In this document: in pieces, positions 16,501 through 29,514 of the stretch
Numbering within the stretch: position 1 is the stretch's first letter
Layout: each line of letters opens with the position of its first letter
DNA from: Octopus sinensis
Lineage: Eukaryota
Direction of reading: 5' to 3'
Length of the DNA: 64,000 nt
Assembly (NCBI RefSeq): GCF_006345805.1
Contig: NC_043008.1
Coordinates: 23,870,001-23,934,000 of the forward strand
The notes under the pieces: model-generated
Databases searched by the model: none
What the model saw: the letters and a program-made list of their open reading frames with translations, nothing else
What the model was told of the DNA's origin: nothing
Program-made: the position numbers and the translations under genes

Positions 16501-16859
16501 GACCTTTGAGATGTTGTTTATCAATTTCTATAACTTAGCTATGCTAGTTCCGACTTGTCGACGCTATTCTCAAAAATCAACTCCCACACGCCTCCAATGC
16601 ACCGCCAATCATGTCAATTAGCGTCTCTAATTAAAACCGCAGTGTCAGTAGTAGGTAAACCAACAGCCGCAAATCTGCCATTATTTGACTAAAGAAATCA
16701 GGGGACAAAATATTAGAACCCATCGGCCTTCTAGTAATAATATATACATAGTAATAATTGTGAACATATAGTAGTGAACAAGTAAATAATACGATAGAAA
16801 CTTTAGTAGTAGTAGTGAAATTGTAATTGTGAACAAGTAACTAATTATCCAGATTGATA

Positions 16860-18110
16860 ATTACACAGCTGAGAAAGAACAGTCCTCGTCTCAACCACCT
16901 TCTCTTTATGGATGATTTAAAACTGTTCGCAAAATAGAGTCTGACATGGAGAAGCTGGTTGAGACTGTGCAAATGTACAGCAAGGATATAGGGATATAAT
17001 TCGGTATCGTGAAGTGTGCGGTGCTTACTTCGAAGCGGGGTAAAAGAGTAAATTATAAGAGCATACAATTGCCAAATGGAAAGAGAATGGAAGACCCGGA
17101 TGATGATGATGGGCACAAATATTTTCTGATCCTGGAGCTGGTCAAAATCTGGCACAGAGAAATGAAAGACAAGTTCATCACTCTATATTTCAAGCACCTC
17201 AAACTTCTCTTGAATTCAAAGCTCAACTCAAGGAACTTTGTGATTGCCATCAACATATAAGCTGTTGCTGTAGTCCGCTATAGTGCACCCATCATATGAT
17301 GGACACAAGCGGAGATTGACCAAATCGATCGCACTACCCGAAAGACAATGACAATACATGGTGCCCTCCACCCTAAGGCAAACGTACACAAACTCTACAC
17401 GAAGAGAGGTAAGGATTGGACGTGGGCTGATTAGCGTACGGGAGCGTATCAACAGTGAAAGAGGAAACATGGCAGAATATTTGGTAAACAGCAAAGAAGA
17501 CATGCTACAGTATGCTTCTAGTGCAGAAAGAATTAACAAAAATGGACTTGGGAATGTTCATGAACACCGAGCAAGAACAGTAGCCCCAAACCTCCATGGC
17601 TACTATGCTATATGTATGGATATGAGGTTACCGGTGCTTGGTATCAACTTATACCGGAAAAGGTTATGGACAAAAAGGAGAAGGTAAAAATCCTCTGAGA
17701 ATTTGATAGATAAAGTGTTAGAGCATCGAAAGCCGGATGTAATAACCTTTGGGAGTGACAAACAAGAGTGCCTAACATATAATCATGAAAGAAAGAGAAA
17801 AAGTTGATAAATATGGAGACCTGAGAATTGAGACCGTTAAGATGTGGCAGCTACGAGAGTCGAACATAAAGGTTATCCCTATTGTCATCGGCGCATTGGG
17901 TTCAATATAACCCAATCTGAAAAAATATCTGAAAACCTTAGAGATACCCTAAAATCTAGATGTATTGCAGAAGTCTTCATTGCTTTGAATTGCACGCATA
18001 TTACGTAAAGTACTGTCTGTCTGAGATCTTTGTTGTGACTTGACAAGCTGTGCAAACCCCCAGTAGACACAGTTTCTTCTATCAACAACTTCGCGATATT
18101 GTATACTGTG
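16860..18110 (+). mobile_element. Older R4/Dong-clade fragment, third family
   Basis: LNHLLFMDDLKLFAK at ~16890, GALHPKANV..LY, HRKPDVI, IPIVIGALG, LQKS..HILRKVL. Confidence 0.85.
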
Positions 18111-18123
18111 CGACGTCTATAAT

Positions 18124-18505
18124 AGGCGCAGGAGTGGCTGTGTGGTAAGTAGCTTGTTTACCAACCACAAAGTGCGTGGCACTTTGGGCAGGTGTCTTCT
18201 ACTGTAGCCTCGAGGCGACCAAAGCCTTATGAGTGGATTTAGTAGACAGAAACTGAAAGAAGCCCGTCATATATATGTATATATATATGCGTGTGTGTGT
18301 TTGTGTGCCTGTGTTTGTCCCCCTAGCATTGTTTGACAACCGATGCTGGTGTGTTTATGTCCCCGTAACTTAGCGGTTCGGCAAAAGAGACCGGTAGAAT
18401 GAGTACTGGGCTTACAAAAGAATAAGTCCCGGGGTCGAGTTGCTCGATTAAAGGCGGTGCTCCAGCATGGCCGCAGTCAACTGACTGAAACAAGTAAAAG
18501 AGTAA
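18124..18505 (+). mobile_element. SINE family A, full length
   Basis: Same bipartite structure as 2862-3265. Confidence 0.88.
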
Positions 18506-18519
18506 ATAGTAAAAATAAA

Positions 18520-19036
18520 TGTCGTGACGCAGTACCAGGCAGTGGCTCACATGGCTTCTGATCTTAACTGATTGGAAGTGTTATCTTGTTCAATGTTTTG
18601 CCTTGGTGTAAAATATGGGCTACAGCAAATATTCTGCTCAATACCACATATTTGCTTGTCAGTTGTTTGACCTTGACTAATTGAACATGTCCCTTAGTGA
18701 CTGATGATATGTGAATCTCTGATCAAGTAGAGAAGTAGTGGGGGAGCATCATAGCTATGTGTTGAAAGGGATTCTTTGGGATTTGGATAATTCACCTCTG
18801 GAAACATGGGTGTGTCATTCAACATCCTCAAAGAACCCGTCTTCAGGGAGCTTTTGAACGGGATGGGTTACCTGACCTGAAGATAACTGTAACTGGGTCC
18901 CACCTGCAAGATCAAGCTCTGTTTATCTTGATATGAGATCACCGTGTCTTGCACATAAGTTTGTGATGCATGTGCCTAGTGTACCCTTATCGGACGAGAA
19001 GTTATGATGGGTATACTGGGCTTCGTATATTTTACA
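18520..19036. repeat. ~560 bp non-coding interspersed repeat, copy 2 (about 45 nt shorter at the right end)
   Basis: Aligns to 4242-4758. Confidence 0.85.
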
Positions 19037-19039
19037 TCA

Positions 19040-19335
19040 GATCCCAATTCAGGATCACAACTTATAGGTACACTGCCACATAATTTCTTTTCCTCAACAG
19101 GCCCTGCCCTGTTTAACATTGTTCCGAAAGATATCAAATAGGAAAAGGATCCCATCACCTTTAAACGGAGTCTGGACAGATTTCTTCAAGGAATACCGGA
19201 GAAGCCACCTGGATACAACTCACTCAACAAGAACTCACTACTTGAATGGACCATAAACAAAACTTGACTTAAACAGGATTTAGATAATCCTATCAGGTGG
19301 TGCTATTAAGTTAGACATGGCCTGGACCAATCTTT
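19040..19335 (+). mobile_element. CR1/L2-group LINE 3' end
   Basis: Peptide GPALFNIVPKDIK*..FKRSLDRFLQGIPEKP, then a short UTR ending ggcc..ggtcgaaac and (TA)n. Confidence 0.65.
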
Positions 19336-19351
19336 GGTCGAAACATATCTA

Positions 19352-19422
<71 letters not shown>

Positions 19423-19427
<5 letters not shown>

Positions 19428-19887
19428 AAGTCAAATTGCGATAAAATAAAATTAATTATTATCGCTGGTATTTCTAGCACAAGCCATATATTATTCATAT
19501 ATCAGTACATTAAGGCGAAATATGTGCTAGAAACACAGAAGCTAGATAAATTTAGTGAAATGAGAATAAAAACATTTACTAACTCGGTTCCTCTTAGACT
19601 GCAGTTTCGTTCTTTTCAGCAATAAAGATAATTTATTTGCTCAGGGAGAATTCATCAGTAAGAGCCCTGTTGTTCTGAGATCCTAACTCACTAGAAGCAT
19701 GTGCTTCTAATGATTTGCTCTCTCTAACTAATCAGATCACTGCGCAGACTCAGAACGTCCCGACAAAACTAGGGATTTCTGGTATATTGTCTAACGCTCA
19801 AAATTTATCGAGAAATATGTAAACAAGTCAAATTGCGATAAAATAAAATTAATTATTATCGCTGGTATTTCTAGCACAAGCCATATA
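19423..19887 (-). mobile_element. Non-coding HHR-bearing unit (retrozyme-like or PLE pseudo-LTR): 397 bp period plus 68 bp terminal direct repeat
   Basis: 19423-19490 is identical to 19820-19887; HHR at 19591-19664; TA-rich flanks. Confidence 0.85.
19591..19664 (-). ncRNA. Type I hammerhead ribozyme
   Basis: Minus strand: CUCUUA-CUGAUGA-aUUCU..AGCAA..UUGCU..AGAAc-GAAA-CUGCAG-UC^UAAGAG. Helix I is 6 bp, helix III is the palindrome ACUGCAGU, and 10.1-11.1 is an A.C mismatch. Confidence 0.85.
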
Positions 19888-19894
19888 TATATAT

Positions 19895-20980
19895 ATTGAT
19901 ACCTGTGCCGCACAACTTCATCCCAACTTTAGAATCTTTCCCCTCTACAAATTTAAAGACAATGCCACTCATACCCAGCGAATAACCATGGAATCCCACC
20001 TTATTAATAAATACAGACCACTTCTAAACACATCCCCCTAACACGAACCCACAACAAACACACTTACACCTGCACAAACCCTACACACACTTTTACCCAG
20101 ATATTAACACCATGACACACGCAAATATATGGTTCCACACATACACATAATTGGATACGGGTGAAAAATACCCAACACTATTTTTTGGAAATGACTGTAA
20201 ATATTGACTTCACACAAACACGTTGCTTCCCGATACAGGCACAAGGCCAGCAGAACTATAAATATTGAAAATTGTACCCACACACGCACACATATATACA
20301 CGCGCGCGCGCCCCAACATACATATAAACACACACACACACACGCACACGCGCGCGCTCACACACACATACATATAGCTCTTCCTGTCCTAAACGAACTT
20401 ACTTATATAGCTCAAATTCAGTCAAGCGGAAAATGCACTCCCTAACTACGCGCTAAAAAGCTATTTAAAATATCCACATGACGTCTACTGACCAGCCTGA
20501 ACAATAAGAATTTTCAACAATGCTGTTTTCGAAAATTCTAAACATTCACGTGACCTCTCTATTATGACCACATCCACGTGACCTCTTTATTATGACCAAT
20601 AAGAAATTTTAGGCGCGACACTAGCCAAATTTTAACTTCTCTGGAGCCTTTTTTCTTACCCCAACACCAACTTCCATTCAAACATTCACGTGACCCCTTC
20701 ATAATGACCGATCAAAATTGTATTGACCATTGTCCACAAGAAATTTTAGGCGCGAAACCAAGCAAATCTTAAACAACTCTGGAGCCTCTTTTTTCACATA
20801 CAAGAGACAGCAAACCCAACATAAAGTCAGATAAGAGGAAAAAATCTATCAGAAAAGAACTCTATCTCTCTTTAAAAAATTATCTTTTGATAAGCATAAC
20901 AAATGCGCAACCGGTAAAAAGAACTTTCACCTAATTAAATTACTTAAATTACTTAAATTATTTTGTCAGCAATTTCTTCA
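19895..20980 (+). mobile_element. Penelope-like element 3' portion (GIY-YIG C-terminus, non-coding tail, decayed HHR)
   Basis: Peptide CAAQLHPNFRIFPLYKFKDNATHTQRITMESHLINKYRPLLN*; decayed HHR at 20883-20922 (tctttt-gataa-gcat aacaa atgc-gcaa-ccgg-ta-aaaaga). Confidence 0.7.
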
Positions 20981-20988
20981 TTTCCTTT

Positions 20989-21020
<32 letters not shown>

Positions 21021-21029
21021 AATATATAC

Positions 21030-21202
21030 CGGAGTAAGCACATAAATGTGAAACAAGGTGGAAAAAAGAGTACTCAAATACCAGAGGTAGAGTAATATGC
21101 TTTATTTAAAACCAGTAGAAATATAACAAAAGCTGTTACTCGGAGTTTCACGCTCCCGTTCGTCGGAGAGTTTAACAAAACTGTCTGACGAACGGGAACG
21201 TG
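21030..21202 (-). mobile_element. PLE pseudo-LTR end with minimal HHR and an inverted partial HHR
   Basis: Minus 21133-21170: ctct-CCGACGA-acg ggag cgt-GAAA-ctccgag-TA^acag. Plus 21181-21202: ctgt-CTGACGA-acg ggaa cgt-g (truncated). Confidence 0.75.
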
Positions 21203-21494
21203 CTGTATTGTATAGTATTGGTTTATTTTTGTTTGTTTTTATATCTGGTATTTATGGAGTTTCAATAAAAAGGAAGCTGTATGCCATAATTTGCCATTTC
21301 TATATACGAAAACCCAGAGTTTATTTTAACGAAACACCTCTTGAAATCACCTGAAGAGGCACATCTACACAACGGATACACCTACACTGGATTTTCAGTA
21401 TCTCATCTGCGAGGAATCGGTGTTAGATGGGTCAAAATAATCGTAGATATCAGTAAATATTTTTATATATTCTATCTTCCATCTCTCTCATTAA

Positions 21495-21649
21495 CCCATT
21501 AATGCCCGAAAAAAAAATTGAGCTTTTTGTTACAGTTACATACGTTGTATACTTTTATGTATTTTAGAAGTACACAACAAAATTCTGTGAATATCATAAT
21601 TAAGTGTTTTTTAGACTCGTATGATATATCATACGCTGGGCATGTAGGG
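21495..21649. mobile_element. Short piggyBac-type non-autonomous element
   Basis: TTAA|cccattaatgccc ... gggcatgtaggg|TTAA, imperfect TIRs with TTAA on both sides. Confidence 0.55.
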
Positions 21650-21799
21650 TTAAACTTTTGAAATATAGATGAAATAGAAAAAAGATTTTATCGCATTTAT
21701 TTGTTTAAAAAAACTTCTAATGACAAGTAAATATATTTCTAACAGGAATACCATTTATAGATGAGAATGAAGAAAGCATGTGTCAGGATGTATGCATTT

Positions 21800-23200
21800 G
21801 ATGCAAATAGATTTGGTGCATTTTCCACAAGCTGCGCATCGCCTTTGAGTTTTAATTTTGTTGACAAGGTGGTCTCTGTTATCGAATCATGCCACTTGCG
21901 GAACTTGTTTCTCTGTTTTAAGACGAACAACTCTCTTCTTTTCTAAATCTGGTGCAGCAAGCAATGCAGTAACTATTTGCCTTGTAAATTTCAGTAGAGA
22001 AATATTTCTCTGAATGCAGCAGAAAAGAATCCATAAATTTACAATGCTTCCATTGAAGCAAAATCTAAACAAAGGGCAATACTATTTTCTTGATCGTATT
22101 CTGATTCGATAATGACTTCTCCATTTCTCAAAGAGATCGACACCTCCCGTTTGTTTGTTATACAGTTTCACAATATTTGGTTGAGGTACAAATACTCCAT
22201 TTTCTCTTAGAATTCATCCATTGTTTACAGCTGCCAACATACAAAACCTCATCTTTCAAATTGGTTACAAGATTTACTTGGTTATTATCGTGCTATCTTA
22301 GCAAAGTAATTCTGTTCTCCTTATTCTCAACTGCACAGCAAGTGCTACGCGCATCTTTGCTTATTTCCTGTAGCAGCCCCATTTCTGTTCTATCGTTTCC
22401 AATTGTCCCAACACAAAAGCGACCATTGTTTCATAAGGCATCCATCAAAGGTAGAGAAGTGAAATAGCTTTCCATATAAATGTATGTTCATACTGGTACA
22501 AATTTTAAGCATAATTTTTCGGTAACTGAAGAACCAAGTGTTTTACCTGCAATTTTGTCTCCTGCACCTGTGTAAGGGTAGAATTTTGCGAAGAATCCAT
22601 CTGGTCTGGCGAGGCAGCAAGACTTGAAAGCATAGCGTATGGGCTTGCCTCTCACTGTTTCATGCCATGAGGCTCATAATAAGGCTCCATTGCTTCATCA
22701 AGAGAGAAATGGTTACTCATTGGTTTTACAAACTGGCAAAATTTACCATTTAGGCGATCAAAAAGAGGCCTAACCTTATAGACTCTGTCACAGGATTGAG
22801 TTTACAGTTGTCGTTGAAATGCAGATATTTTCTCAAACGTATTTCTAGACATTGCAAGACTATATAAATAGTTGCTTGAATCGGGTCTAGTCTCTCAGTA
22901 CAGTCTTCTGTATAGCCAGACTATAGAAGAATTCCAGAATACTTGTAAAATTCCTCAACAGACAAAGTAAACTGCAAATCTCCCGTTTGTGCGGCATATT
23001 TAATGGTTTCTCTGCAAATATGATTCCTAATACCTTTAGAGAAGCACCTTTTCAAGACGTCAGTTGGCTCAAACTTGTCCTTAAATTTTGTTCTAATCGA
23101 AGGTCCCAATCATACTTTGCAGAGGACTGTTTCAAAGGTCTATTATTCCATTTGCGAGAACTTTTCTTTGCGTGTGAACAGTGCTTCTTAGCAGAGCTTG
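21800..23200 (-). pseudogene. Degenerate piggyBac transposase
   Basis: FSLDEAMEPYYEPHGMKQ/RGKPIRYAFKSCCLARPDGF..YTG, and YFTSLPL..L..NG..CVGTI. Confidence 0.85.
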
Positions 23201-24271
23201 GTGTCACCTCCTTGTCTACATCAGCTTTACTATTGGCTCTAATATCACTTTTCTATGTAAGAATACATCTACCAATATCTTGCAAGGATTGTACTGGATT
23301 GTACTGGATAATTTGCGAAAATAACTTTAACTGTTTTAATACCATCCTAACCACTCCCTCCCATTCAGCAATGAGAAGAAAGTATCCAACATCTGTTATT
23401 CTTCATCCCTTATCTTTCTGTCTTTATGTATATATCGCTTAACCTCTTTCAACAAATATGTCCTCTCTATACGGACTAGTATTTATCTACTATTGTTGTA
23501 TTTCGAGATGGTCATTTCTTTTTGCCAAATAAACATACGCACTATGTATACACTCTTCACTCATTTATTACCGTTTTTATTCTAACACGTGTCCATTGTC
23601 CGGAAATCTTTCGTCACACATCTGTAACCTCTTCAGTGACATTTTCCGTCTTCATGTGTGCTCATGCTCGATTTATTCCATTGAGAATATATACTGCGTG
23701 TGTTTATTTGGCAGAAAATAATAAAATGTCCTTCCTGAAATACAATATCTGTTTCAACACACGGTTTCACATCAGTAATCTTGCAAAACAAATTCATAAA
23801 CGTATATATCTACTCTTGTGCATCTACTATTCTGTTTTTCCTTCACACTATAGTATATTATTCCTATTCAATCTTAATTCACTCTCTATTCAAAAGTGGA
23901 ACTGGTAACTTCTACTATTCCTTGCTATGGATTATCGTCAGACGTTCTCCTTTGGAACTGCTAATGGACTTTACCTATAACTTTATTATTTATTCGACCA
24001 TAGAACTGCCTAACGTATATCTATTTCACTCTGATGTTTCCTTCATTTTTGTCAAACTGGAAAGTACTAGTATCCTCGATTGGGGATATTTCTTCATTTT
24101 ATATTTTTTCTGAATTCCACCTGTCCGATGACAGAATATCTGCCTTCAGGATCCACATGCTTGGCTATTCTAGAAGCAGCTGTAAGATGCTCTTTCTGTT
24201 TATATTCTCTATCTCAATTACATGTCTTTTTAGTGACGCAAAATATTTTGCTTTTGTATTTTGTATTTGAA

Positions 24272-24313
<42 letters not shown>

Positions 24314-24350
24314 TAAGTACATGTATATACAAAAACAACACACAGAATTG

Positions 24351-24395
<45 letters not shown>

Positions 24396-24438
24396 CATAC
24401 ATACATATATGTATATATATGTGTGTATATATACATAC

Positions 24439-24510
<72 letters not shown>

Positions 24511-25860
24511 CTTTTTTTGAACATTTTGTTCATATTTCTTCTACTAGAAATCCTTTTTACATTTGTTCCATGTGTTCCATATGGAACAGTCACCGACTTA
24601 ATAGATGTTTGTGATTCAAGAGAGCAACTATAGAAGGAAGCACTTAATCTAATTCAGTTGGCTCGGAAAGCGCTTGGATGCTTTCATTGTTGGAAGGAAA
24701 TATTACTTTCCACTGGAATACCATTGCCTGTTTCTGCTACTTCCATCCACATAATATTGTTAAGTACAGTCGCGGTCATTTTACCCAAATGGATACTCTG
24801 GTATACTCTCTTCCGATGATCTGAACAAGCAACATCTAGAAAAACGTTCTAAAACTATCAGCAAAGAGATAGTTCGCACCTCTAATGTTTTCTTCATTCT
24901 CAGTGTGTAAAAGTATATACTAATTTTTTACTAATTAGAATAACTACAATTAAGAGCAATGTCAGCAGATATTTAAACTGATTATCAAGAGAAAGGAATC
25001 ATGTCTATGTTCTTTCTTCAAGTGTGTATTTATGAAGCTGATGTAACTCGTAATCAATGTGTAAGAAATATGTAAGATTTTCTCCAAAGTTTTCTCTGTA
25101 GAAATTATTTTAAACTGATTTTGTTTTAACATACTTCTTATACAAGGACCTTTGCACAATTCTGTCCTAAACAATCTTTAGTTGATTTTTATTGCAGTTG
25201 TTCAACTGCTCATTTTCAAATAGTTTGTCTCAATGTGTTCAACAAAAACGTAATACCACATACTTCTGCTTCCACTTCTGTATTAGATATTTGTCAAATT
25301 CTCTCCCGTCCATTATATCCGAAATGTAAGGTTAACTATTAAATATTTAGCCTTATCCAAATATGTATATCAATGGACACATTTTGAACTAAGCCATTCC
25401 CCAACTAAATTCTCACCACATCCTTGGTCTTATGCTTTTACTTTCTCCTTGCCTATATGTCTTCATTATTTTCTTCTATTATTTTTTTCATCCACTATTC
25501 CCTTTTTCCCTTCTTCCTTATTTCATGCATTACTTTTATCCAAATTCTCGTTATTTGCTTCTTTCCTTCCTTGTATAATTCTAAACTATTTTTCATACAA
25601 CTTATTTTTTCTGATGATATCAAAATGATGGAAACAAATTTATAATCACATAAAGTAAAGTTTATATAAATTACATTTTCCTGTTCTTCTTGAACAATCG
25701 AGAAACATATATTGATCAATTTCATGTTAATGTGTGTGTGTGCGCGCGCGCGTGCGTGCGTGTGTGTGTTTCATTCTTCTGTTGTTCTAGCTAATTAAAG
25801 CTGCGATAATATTTGCTTTCAAGAGAATATTTTTTCATTATATCGATATTCAGTATTATA

Positions 25861-26001
25861 TAAGGTTGTCCCAAAAGTTCGTAGAAAGTCTTGGAAAATA
25901 ATGGTCTTTATTTTGAGGAATAATTTTTGTTGTTTTTGTTAGTACTTGGCGAGTAAAAATTCAATTTTCGCAAGTGTTTACGAACTTTTGGGACAACCTA
26001 A
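25861..26001. mobile_element. 141 bp mariner-type MITE
   Basis: TIRs t(a)aggttgtcccaaaagttcgta / tacgaacttttgggacaacctaa with TA flanks. Confidence 0.8.
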
Positions 26002-26082
26002 TAGTTACACCACAAGAAAGGAATGTGAAAGTTGACATTCAATATTTGAATGTAAACGGATGTAATGAAACGCCATTATATA

Positions 26083-27185
26083 TTAGGTTGTTCCGAAAAT
26101 AATGGCCGATTCCAGAAATAAAATTTTATTCTGGAAAAATTAACAATAGAAATGTTTTGATTAGTCAAAGTATGATCCATGAACATCTATGCATCTCTAC
26201 CATCGATTAACGAGATTATTTATGTCTCATTGATAAAAACTTATTGGCTTTGAAGCTAAGAAATCTTAAGTCTGTGAGTTTCTGCAGCATCATTCTTGCA
26301 GCATGTGGCTTCGCATTATCGTTGAGCAGAATTGGGCCACGCCGATTCACCAATGCAGGTCTCCTTTTTTTGCAAGTGAGCATGCATTTCAGCGAGTTGA
26401 TAGCAGTAAACCTCTGCAGTAATGCTCTGATTGGCTTCCAGAAAGCTGTAATGGACAATACCAGTTGCAGATCACTAGGCAGTCACCATAATCTTTCGCT
26501 GATGCAACTTTGGCTTAGGGAAATGTTTGGGGAACACATCACGATCAAGCCATTGACCTGACCGTTTACGGTTATCATAAAGGATCCACTTTTCGTCAGA
26601 AATAACTATTCGGTCCATAAAGGATCATTGATGTTTCGCAGAAAGAACACCGAGCACACTTCAAAACGCCAAACGCTTTCACATTCACTGAGCTCATGCG
26701 GTATCCATTCATCGAGATTTTTCACCTTACCAATTTTCTGCGGATTGCGTGAGACCGTTGCAATACCGACATTTCTCTCACACTTTGACTTGGGTTTTGT
26801 TCAACAATTGCTTTCAATTGTTCATTGTCAAGACTGCATGACCGTCCTATACCATTACGAAATTTCTGAAACCACCTTCGTATTGTGCGATCACTTGTGG
26901 AACCCACTCCCCATGCTCTGTTGATATTGGCAGCTGTTTGGGAGGCATTGTGCCCAAGCTTGAACTCATACAAGAAAAGTAAGCGAAGGTCCTTTTTTGT
27001 CATGTTCATAATAAAGAGCGCCTATGCTTCAAGTATGTTGTCTGTTTAAAATAAGTAGAAAATTATTAAAGTGCATACATCATTTCCTATGTTGAAATTC
27101 ACCTAAAATACAATTAAAATACTATCATAGATATGCTTTTCAAAACACAACACTTAGAGTGGACATTATTTTCGGAACGACCTAA
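26083..27185 (-). mobile_element. Internally deleted mariner transposon
   Basis: TIRs ttaggttgttccgaaaataatg / cattattttcggaacgacctaa; MTKKDLRLLFLYEFKLGHNASQTAANINRAWG..TIRRWFQKFR; ILLNDNAKPH. Confidence 0.92.
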
Positions 27186-27384
27186 TCCTATTCGATAATT
27201 TTTAATTTAGTTTCCGCTGAGAAAATTTAACTCTAAAGGTTCCGTTTGGTGGGAGTGAACCTGGAATTACGTAGGCAATGGTACAGCTCACTGGCACACA
27301 AATGTATGGGTTTGTGTGTGTGTGTGTATGTGTGTGTGTGTACAAGTATGTGCATATGTGTGTGTGAGACAGTAAAATTTCAAA

Positions 27385-27590
27385 GCACAAGACCGGCCTT
27401 TTTTGGTAGGGGCGCGGGGTTGAGTCGATTACATTAATCCCAGATCTCAGCTGGTATTTATTTTATCGACCTCAAAAGGATGAAAGGCAAAGTCGACCTC
27501 GGCGAAATGTGAGCTCAGAACGTTAAGATGGACGAAATGCCGCTAAGCATTTTGCCAGGCGTGTTAACAATTCTGCCAGTTTGCAGCATT
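27385..27590 (-). mobile_element. SINE family B
   Basis: Reverse-complement head and core match other family B copies. Confidence 0.8.
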
Positions 27591-27796
27591 TATTACATGT
27601 TTAATAATACTATGCATTTGCATTAAACATTAGAACACATACGCACGCGCGCACATATACAGTCTATATGTGCGTGCGTGTCTGTGTGTACATATATCTT
27701 CATACATATGTGCGTGTGCATGTATATATATATATCCATAGATGTATGTGTGCGTGTGTGCGCGCGTGCGTGTGTGTGTGTGTCTGTGTTTGTGTT

Positions 27797-27834
<38 letters not shown>

Positions 27835-28374
27835 GGGGGAGAGTAGCTTCTAAAGGTTGTAATGTAGTAGCGATAAGAAACATATTCCCAAAACGATATA
27901 TAATTTTCCATATTTTCAATTAAGATTGTAATGCTTATCTATTAAATTTTTAGTATATGGGTTATCTGATACAATTTTCAGTTAATATAATATTTCGTAT
28001 ACTTTTTGTTAAATATTTTTCTAAAATTTTTACTCATTTCTTTCTCTTGAGACAAAAAAATTACTGTTTCTTAAATGAATTTTCTGTTTCATTAATCTAG
28101 AGAACTGTCGTTGTTTTGAAATGTATTTCACTTCGGCGCGGTTTTCTCAACAGCCTCAATAAATCTTTCCTAAGAAATATACAAAGAATTTGTTGTAGTG
28201 TTTGTCCACAATTTTGTGATTACAATCCTTGAAGTTGTTATGGACATAAGAAAACTAATGTGAACTACCTTCGATCGGTACTTGAACAAATATTGCACTA
28301 AGTGGCGTGTAAAGATTTTCGACACACCAAACCGCCAGTTAACATAGCTTCTAATATATTACATCGCCCTAAAA

Positions 28375-28590
28375 CTGTTAGTTGGCAGAATCGTTTGCAC
28401 ACCAGGCTAAATGATGATCAGCGTTTCGTTCGTATTCACATTATGATTTCAAATTCCACCGAGATTGACTTTGCCTTTCATCCCTTCGACGTCGATAAAA
28501 TACATACCAGTCAGTTAAGAACTGCGGTCGATGTAATTGACTTATCCCTCCCATGAACTTGCTGGCCTTGTGTCAAAATTTGGAACAACT
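28375..28590 (+). mobile_element. SINE family B, diverged
   Basis: ttggcagaatcgtt..gactttgcctttcatccc..gtcgataaaa..taccag..ggccttgtg. Confidence 0.75.
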
Positions 28591-28782
28591 GAGATATTAT
28601 ATCACCTTTCTATACACACATATATATTTATATATAAAGGGGATGTTTCACTTTTACACATACATACATATATTTACATACATGCATACATGCATTCATG
28701 CATACATACATACGTACGCACACACTTTCACATGGTTTCTACTGTATGTGCGTATGCATCTAAGAAATTTATGAATTCTTTT

Positions 28783-28983
28783 ATTCCTTTACTTGTTTCA
28801 GACATTTGACTGCGGCCATGCTGGAGCATCGTCTTTAGTTGAACAAATCGGCCCCAAGATTTATTCTCTCTTAGCCTATCACTTAGTCTATCGGTTTCCT
28901 TTGCCGAACCTTTTACGGGGACGTAAGCACACCAACACCGCTTGTCAACTGATGGTGGGGAGGACAAACAAATACATACGTAC

Positions 28984-29031
<48 letters not shown>

Positions 29032-29514
29032 TATATACGCGAGAAAGAAGCAACAAGAATGGATAGGTTTTTAGTACGATCGTTTCATACAAGGACAGGT
29101 TTTATTAAAAGTTGCAAAGATTACAGCATATAAACGAGTCCCGTACTCATCAGCTAAAATACATGTAAGTTCTCTAGACATCCTAGTGTTTGAGGCTATA
29201 CTCATGAAGTAATGTAGATAATTAAACAGATTTCTAAAGTTCATTAAAGTTCTTTAAAGATGATGTACAGTCTTATCACAGAATTTTAAAAAAGTTTTGA
29301 TAGCATCACAGAGAAGGTGACCTAATCCATATGAATTTCCATAGATATGATGAGGGATTATATACTCACAGAAGACAAATTTATCCATTGTTAATTACAA
29401 CGAGGTGGGTCTCAATTCCTGCTTATTAGCATTACAGAGAGGGTGAATTAATCCTTTGTATAGATGCACAGATTCCAATGGTGTAGATGTAAATTTCCAG
29501 AGAAATGGAGATGA

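Noticed and set aside
18124-18200. tRNA gene
   Set aside because: A/B-box-like head continues into a multi-copy SINE body with no cloverleaf 3' end or terminator.
21340-21400. cacCTGAAGAggc motif
   Set aside because: No downstream helix II closure or GAAA.
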